The notes below the pieces were generated by a model that did no database searches, was not told the DNA's origin, and saw nothing but the letters and a program-made list of their open reading frames with translations. Below, in pieces: positions 31,556 to 38,085 of a stretch of DNA of 38,085 nucleotides; positions within the stretch are counted from its first letter, which is position 1; every line of letters starts with the position of its first letter. The translations under genes and the position numbers were made by a program. Location of the stretch: NCBI GenBank assembly GCA_943704415.1, contig CALSCO010001750.1:1-38085 (forward strand), in the 5' to 3' direction. The DNA is from Parvularia atlantis. Lineage: Eukaryota.

Positions 31556-33098
31556 ATGCTGCGCTTCTTGATGCGCCACCGCCCGGGGATTGTCGCGGCG
31601 GCTGGGGCGGCGGCCGTGGCGGGCGTGCTGCTGGTGGACGCGCGGAGCCCGGTGCGTGGCCCGATGCGCACAGGCGGCGGCGCACTGATCGGCTGCGCAG
31701 GTTTATCCGGCCGCCGTGATGCCGGCCGTGCGCGCGCTGCTGGACGCCGAGGGCGCGCACCAGTGGGCGATGTGGCTGGCGGCGCACCGCATTGCGCCGG
31801 TCGAGTTGCCGGCGTGGTCGTGGTCGACGTCGTCGGCGGCCGGGCGCGGGCTGGCGGCGTCGGACGCGGCGCTGCTACACACCCGCGTGTTTGGGCGCGA
31901 CCTGCTGAGCCCCGTCGGGCTCGCGGCCGGCTTCGACAAGCACGCCGAGGCGATCGACGGGCTGCTGGCGATGGGCTTCGGCCTGGTCGAGATCGGCAGC
32001 GTCACGCCGCGGCCGCAGCCGGGCAACCCGCGCCCGCGCATGTTCCGGCTCGTGCGCGACCGCGCCGTCATCAACCGCTACGGCTTCAACAGCGACGGGC
32101 AGGACGCGGGTGCGCGGACGTGCCGGCGCACGGCTAGCCTCACACACACACACACATACGCGCAGTTGCTCAGCGCCTCGCCGTGTACCGCGCCGCGCAC
32201 ACGGCCGATCGCCCGCCGCGCGGTCTGGTCGGCGTCAACCTGGGCAAGAACAAGGAGCAGACCGACGCCGCGGCCGACTACGTCGCGGGCGTGCGTGCAC
32301 TCGGCCCCTACGCCGACTACCTCGTCGTCAACGTGTCGTCGCCCAACACGCCCGGGCTGCGCAGCCTGCAAGGGCGCGCACAGCTATCGGCGCTGATCAC
32401 GCAGGTGCTCGCGGCGCGGTGCGTGTGGACGACCCGGCGAGCGCGTGCGCATGCGTTCGCGGGCTGACGCTCCGCCGGCCAGCGACGCGCTGCCGAACCG
32501 TCCGCCGCTCCTCGTCAAGATCGCACCCGACCTGACCGACGACGACATGGAGGACATCGCCGCGGTTGCGCTCGAGCGGCGCATCGACGGGCTCATCGTC
32601 TCCAACACGACGCGTGCGTGGGTCGCGTGGCCGTGCTTGCGCGCTTGCTGACACCCCGGCGCGCGCACAGTCTCGCGCCCGGCCACGCTGCAGTCACCAC
32701 CCGAGCTTGTCGCCGAGACAGGCGGGCTGAGCGGCGCACCGCTGCGCGAGCTGTCGACGTGGGTGCTCGGGCGCATGTACCAGCTGACGCGCGGTGGTGC
32801 GTGTGGCGCGTTGCGAGCACGAAGCGCGCGCCCCGCTGACCCGCGCACGACAGAGATCACGCTGATCGGCGTCGGCGGCGTCGCGAGCGGCCGCGACGCG
32901 TTCGACAAGATCCTGCACGGCGCCTCGCTCGTGCAGGTCTACACCGCGTTCACGTACGACGGGCCGGGCGTGGCCGCGCGCATCAAGAGCGAGCTGGCGC
33001 AGCTGCTGCGCGCCCACGGCTACGCCAGCGTGCAGGAGGCCGTGGGCAAGGGCGTCGAAAACACGGGAACTGTGTCACGGAGCACCATAGGCGGTTGA
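31556..33098 (+). CDS. DHODH: Dihydroorotate dehydrogenase (quinone), class 2, mitochondrial
   Basis: Basic presequence + TM helix, [78 protein letters not shown]. Confidence 0.97.
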
Positions 33099-33730
33099 AA
33101 CTGACCTGAACGGACCAGAAAAACAGAAAAACAAGACAATCTTTTGCGCCAGGCCAGTGCGCGCTCCCAGGTCGATGCGGGCCGGGAGTGCAAACTGTCA
33201 TTTACCACGACGCTCAGGCTCACGCGCTGTGTTGCGCGCCTGTGCTCGCAGAAGCGACGTGCCGCCGGGAGTTGGAGTCGCTGTTGGAGTACTAGTAGGT
33301 GAACGCGGGGTCGAACTCGGCGTTGGCCCGGACGGAGCGTCCGCGGGCAGCCTGCAAACTTGAACTGCGCACCAATAGACTCGGAGATCGTCGCTTTCAT
33401 GTTCTTCTGGCACATGTGCCACTTCAGCTTCGGGCAGCTACAGGCGCACGCGCTTGAGGGCACGTCCAGCGTGAGAGGGAATACTCATATCGCAGGCAAG
33501 ATCCGAAAAGGCCAAAAAAAACCCCCTTCAAGCTCAGTTTGCCCTTGTTGCGGTGCCACACAGTCCCTGCTGAGCGGCTCGTTTGCGTCGCGAGCAAGTT
33601 GCTGGCCCAGCGCACCAGAGCCTGCACCAGAGCAACAACAACGTGCAGCTGCGTGTGCTAACCGTCAAGCAGTACTGAGCGGAATGAACAGCACAACGAA
33701 TGTCTTTCGCGGCTTTCTGCCCACACGCGC

Positions 33731-34448
33731 TCATGCGCGCTGCTGCTGCCGCACCCGCAGCAGGCTGGCGACGGCGTCGCCCGCGCGCGCGGTCGCATCC
33801 AGGACATGCTCGGCGAGCGCGCGCGTGGTCGGGGCGGAGGTCGGGGCGGAGGTCGGGGCGGAGGTCGGGCTGTCGCCGTTGTTGTTGATAGCCGGGCACC
33901 CCTTCGGGACGCAGACGGCCAAAACGATGACGACAATCAGGAGGACGATGCAGACGGTCCCTGCGGGTGACGCCTCAGCATCCTCCGCGCGGCACGACGC
34001 GCGCGCACCGATGATGATGTTGAGCTTGACGTTCTTCCACCACATCTGCGACTTGAGCTTGCCCGCGCCCTTTCGGAACTGGAACGCCTGGCCCTGCAGG
34101 TCCTCTGGCGTCGGGTGCACGTGCAAATCAGCACGCGGTTCCCCTTCCGCCCCGTGACGGCAGCGCGCGCACCGGTCTTGTTCTGCAGGTCGTCGAGCTT
34201 GTCGCCGCGCGCGATCACCTTCTCGATGTTCTGGTGCCTGTTGCGGGCCCGCGCCCGGTCAGCCGTGTGTCCCCGCACGAGTCAACGTGCGCCGCGACGC
34301 ACATGATCCCCACGACCTCGTCGGTCGCCGCCTGCGCCTGGCGCACCTTGGCGTTCGGGTTGGACGACGAGGCCCTGTGCGTGCGCGGCGCGTGCGCGAC
34401 GTGAGCGCGAAGGGGGCGGGCGCGAGGTGGGCGCAGAGCGACGCACAT
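33731..34448 (-). CDS. VAMP: Synaptobrevin/VAMP R-SNARE with extended luminal C-terminal tail
   Basis: AQAATDEVVGIM|HQNIEKVIARGDKLDDLQNKT|EDLQGQAFQFRKGAGKLKSQMWWKNVK + TM helix. The start codon is split AT|G by intron 34375-34446. Confidence 0.92.
33828..33869 (-). repeat. 12-bp tandem repeat encoding (PTSA)x3 in the VAMP tail
   Basis: gtcggggcggag repeated about 3.5 times. Confidence 0.9.
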
Positions 34449-34522
34449 TGGTTTCCGTTGAAAAAGTGCTGCCCACGCGCGCTGACCACAGTAACCATCG
34501 TGACTGTGCACAGGAGCGTCGC

Positions 34523-35796
34523 TTATGCGCCGAACACACCCTCGCCGCCCACGACGAACGAGCACGGCGTGCCGTCGGCCGGGACGTGCGGCGCGAGGAG
34601 CACGCGCAGATGCCGCGCCACGCGCGCGTCGGGGCCGGCCTCGCGCCGCGTGAGCAGCACGCGCATGTTGACGCAGTTGGACCAGAGCATGCCGAGCGCG
34701 GGCACAACGGCGAGCGGATCGCCGTCGGCCGCGGCGAACGAGCCCGTGACCTGGTTGACGCACACGACCGGCGCGTGGAACTCGTCACTCAGGCGCTTGA
34801 GCATGGCAGCCGTCCTGTGCACATTCGGTTGGCCACACTCACACGCGTGCGCTCGTGCGCGCACTTGGTGAGGATGCGCGAGCGCTCGGCAAACTGCCCC
34901 GGCTCAAACTGCGAGCGGAAGAGCGCCGCGAGCGAGTCGATGACAACGAGGCGCACGTTGGCGTCGGCCAGGAGCTTGGGCAGGCGCAGCTGCAGCAGGC
35001 GGTCGAGGTCGGCCAGGTCGAGCGCGTGCTCGACGTAGACCGCGCTGGCCATGTCGCGCTCGATAATGTCGTAGCGCTGCTGGAACGCGGGCAGAATCTG
35101 CTGCAGGCGGCGCGTCGGGAAGGCGCCCTCGGTGCTGATGTAGACGGCGCCTGCACCGCGCACGGCGCACGGGTGAGCCGCGGCACGCGTATTTGGGGCG
35201 TGCGCACGCGCACCGCCGTCGAGCCCGCCAAACTGCAGCGGCAGCTGCACGGCGAGGCACAGCTGCAGGCACAGCTGCGTCTTGCCCGTCGCGCTCTCGC
35301 CACAGATCTCGACGATGCCGCGCGAGAGCAGGCCGCCGGCGAGGTGCGCGTCGAGGCGGACGTCGCCGAGCGAGAGGCGGAGCGTGGCGTGTGCCGCGAC
35401 GGCGGCCGGCGGGGCGACGCACGGCCCGGCCGGCTCGGGCAGCGAGCTATTCTCGTCCGCGCCGTCGAGCGCGCGCCGTGCCCACTCCTGCGCCCAGGCG
35501 CGCGCATCACGGGTCGGTCACACGGCGCCCCGCGCGCGTCACTGGGGACTCACCCTGAGCTGCAGCGCGGTGACCGGGGCGCACCAGTGCGGCACGACGC
35601 GGCGCGCTGCGCGCTGCTGCAGCGCGGCCGCCTGCTCGGGGCCGACGCGGCGCACGCGCTGCAGCTCGGCGGCCGCGCTGAGCACGACGTCGCGCGCGTC
35701 GTCGTCGTCGTCGTCGTCGTCGGTGGTGGTGGCGCCTCCCGTCTTGTCACCTTGGCGCCAAACCGGGCACGTGACCGTGAACCGGTTCGCACCCAT
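34523..35796 (-). CDS. XRCC3: RAD51 paralog XRCC3, multi-exon (start codon uncertain)
   Basis: VTALQL, IVEICGESATGKTQLCLQLCLAVQLPLQFGGLDG|AVYISTEGAFPTRRLQQ, LVVIDSLAALFR, VVCVNQV, PALGMLWSNCVNMRV, RHLRVLLAPHVP. Confidence 0.92.
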
Positions 35797-35944
35797 GTTG
35801 GCTCCCAGCACCGCGCTCCCACACCATTTCCACTTTCTCGCGCACGTCTTGCCCCCGCGCGCCTCGCCGCCAGCGCCGCCACACACCGCCACCGCGACAC
35901 CCAAGACCACCACCGCCCGCGCACGACACCGTCCTCGCCGTTTT

Positions 35945-38007
35945 ATGCAGCCTGCGACCCTCCGCAAGTTCGCCAGGTGCGTCCTCGGCGCGCACGGAGC
36001 TCCGTCCACGTCAACGCCGCTGCCGCTCTCGCTTTTCTTTTTTTTTTTTTTCCCTCTCACTCTTGCTGTGGCTTCCACGGCGCGCACGGCGTGGTGGCGC
36101 GCGTGGGTGGGGCGCGCGTGGCGCGGGCGGCGGGCGCGGGCGTGCACACGCGGGTTGCGGAGTGGCGGCGCGGCCACGCGACTACCGAAACCTGTTTTTC
36201 CCCCGCACCGGGCACTGACGTCACACGCGCCACGTGCACAGCCTCGGTCTGCGCACCGCCCACGTCCACGCCCACGCCCACGCCCACGCCCAGGCCCACG
36301 CCGCGGCCGCGGCCCATGGCGCCCGCGCCCTGTCCAGCTACAGCGGCCCTGGCCCGCGCGTGCCCGGCCGCGCGCCCGCCCCCGACGAGATGAGACGCAG
36401 CTCAGCGTCGCTCGCGGCCCTCGCGCCGCCCATGGCCGTGCCCGTCGGCCGCGCCGAGGCCCAGGCCGCCGCCGCCGCCGCCAGCGCGCCCGCCGGCGAG
36501 CTCAACTTTGACGACGCTCGAGTCGCCTTCGCCAACAAGAGCACGGCCGAGCTGCTGCGCGCGCTCATGGTCTTCTACGTCTCGGCCGTGCCGGCGGTCG
36601 TCCAGAACAGCCGCACGCTGCTCGGCCTGGGCGAGCGCATCGCCGGCAAGCCGCTGACACACCTGCTCCTGCGCAAGACTTTCTTCGCCCACTTCTGTGC
36701 CGGTGTCGACGCGCAGGACATTGTCCCGACGATCGAGACGCTGCGCCGCTCGGGCATCGGCGCCATCCTCGACTACGCCGCCGAGGCCGACGTGGGCAGC
36801 GACGAGGGCCACGCCACCGCCACCGCGACCGACGCCCACGTCAACACGTTCCTCATGTGCATTGAGACGGCGGCGCTGCAGACGCGCGGCGTCGCGGCGA
36901 TGAAGCTGACGGGTCTGGCCCCGCCCCAACTGCTGGAGCGGCTGTCGCAGCTGCTCGTGCAGGCGCGCGAGCGCAACGAGCGGCCCGAGCAGCTCTTCCT
37001 GTCGTCGCTGACGCCGACGGTGCGTGCGCACCGATGCACGGGGCTCGCTCGCTCACAGCCCCACAGGAGAAGGACCAACTGATGCACGTCGAGCGCGCGC
37101 TGCGCCGCGTGGCCGGTGCCGCGCAGGACAACGCCGTGCGCCTCCTCGTTGACGCCGAGCAGAGCTACTTCCAGCCCGCGATCGACTACTTTGTGCGCAA
37201 CCTTCAGCTCGACTTCAACAAGGGCTTCCCGACCGTGTTCAACACTTACCAGTGCTACTTGCGCGACTCTAGCGCGCGTGTCTGGGCCGACCTCGAACAC
37301 GCCGAGGCCAACGGGTACATGTTTGCGGCCAAGCTCGTGCGCGGCGCGTACATGAACCAAGTCCGTGGTGCCTCGCGCGCTACCCGCGCTCGCGGTGCCT
37401 GACGTTTTGCGCGTCCGTCGCAGGAGTCCCAGCTGGCCGCGGCGCAGAACCGGGAGAACCCGATCCACCCGACGCTCGCGGCGACGCACGCCAACTACAA
37501 CCACGTGATGGAGACGGTGATCCGCGCGCGCAACCGCGAAGTCATGGTGCGGCCCGCCCCGCACGTGCGCGCGCCCGCGGCAGCAGCTGAGGCGCATGCG
37601 CTGCGCAGATCGCCTCGCACAACGAGCAGTCGGTCCGCCGCGCGATCGACCTGATGAAGGAGCTCAAGCTCGCGCCGTACACGTCGGGCATCTCGTTTGG
37701 CCAGCTACTCGGCATGTGCGACCACGTCAGCTACACGCTCGGCCGGCACGGCTACAGGTGTGCGCGTGCCCGTTGTGTGCCTCGTGCGGCCGCTGACCTT
37801 GGCCCTCCCTCCCGCCCCCACAGCGTGTACAAGTATGTGCCGTACGGGCCTGTGGGCGAGGTTATCCCATACCTCATCCGGCGCGCGGAGGAGAACTCGG
37901 CGGTGATGGTCGGTGCGTCGAAGGAGCGCCGGCTGCTGCGCAACGAGCTGCTGCGGCGGTTCAGCCTCGCGGCCTCGCCGGTGACGACGACGGGCGCGAG
38001 CGCCTGA
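35945..38007 (+). CDS. PRODH: Proline dehydrogenase, mitochondrial, multi-exon (long first intron 35977-36241)
   Basis: AFANKSTAELLRAL, TFFAHFCAG, AILDYAAEAD, LLVDAEQSYFQPAI, FNTYQCYL, KLVRGAYM, IASHNEQS, FGQLLGMCD, YKYVPYGPVGEVIPYLIRRAEEN. Confidence 0.97.
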
Positions 38008-38085
38008 GAGGGCCCGCGCACCCGCATGCAGCGCTTTTTTTTAATTATTCTTCGCCGCTCCTACCCACTCCTCGCCGCCTGCTCC

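Noticed and set aside
3850..36511. Many long Arg/Ala/Pro-rich ORFs in the track (e.g. 3850..4986-, 10275..11984-, 14221..15654+, 34855..36393+)
   Set aside because: They are shadow or antisense frames of real GC-rich genes; stop codons are rare at this GC content and they contain no recognisable motifs.
1..38085. CRISPR arrays, tRNA or rRNA genes, prokaryotic operon signals
   Set aside because: None seen; the repeats are simple microsatellites and the genes are spliceosomal-intron-rich eukaryotic genes.

Overview
GC-rich, extremely compact eukaryotic (protist-like, probably opisthokont-related) genomic DNA. Genes are split by many short introns of about 45-90 nt (donor GTGCG[C/T/G], branch CTGAC/CTCAC, acceptor mostly GCAG), so the six-frame ORF track shows them only as fragments. 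Positions ~180-3330 hold a decayed Ty3/gypsy retrotransposon with a clean 402-bp internal inversion, and a P-loop fragment lies in frame with its gag. About 20 densely packed genes follow: PRKRIP1-like, NAXD, SGF11, ADPRM, an intronless TBL/PC-esterase, trifunctional HIS4, an At4g00755-like F-box protein, ARL8, PRP40, a GDP-fucose transporter, MOSPD1-like, a GCC2-like GRIP golgin, SDHAF1, a LITAF-like/chimeric locus, a secreted Cys-rich protein, AKR1, DHODH, VAMP, XRCC3 and PRODH. The most striking pattern is five same-strand gene pairs with only 24-74 bp from stop codon to next start codon, suggesting polycistronic mRNAs or promoters nested in the upstream CDS. Divergent ATG-to-ATG gaps are as short as 68-117 bp. 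Gene models were assembled by eye and family calls rest on remembered motifs; no searches were run.
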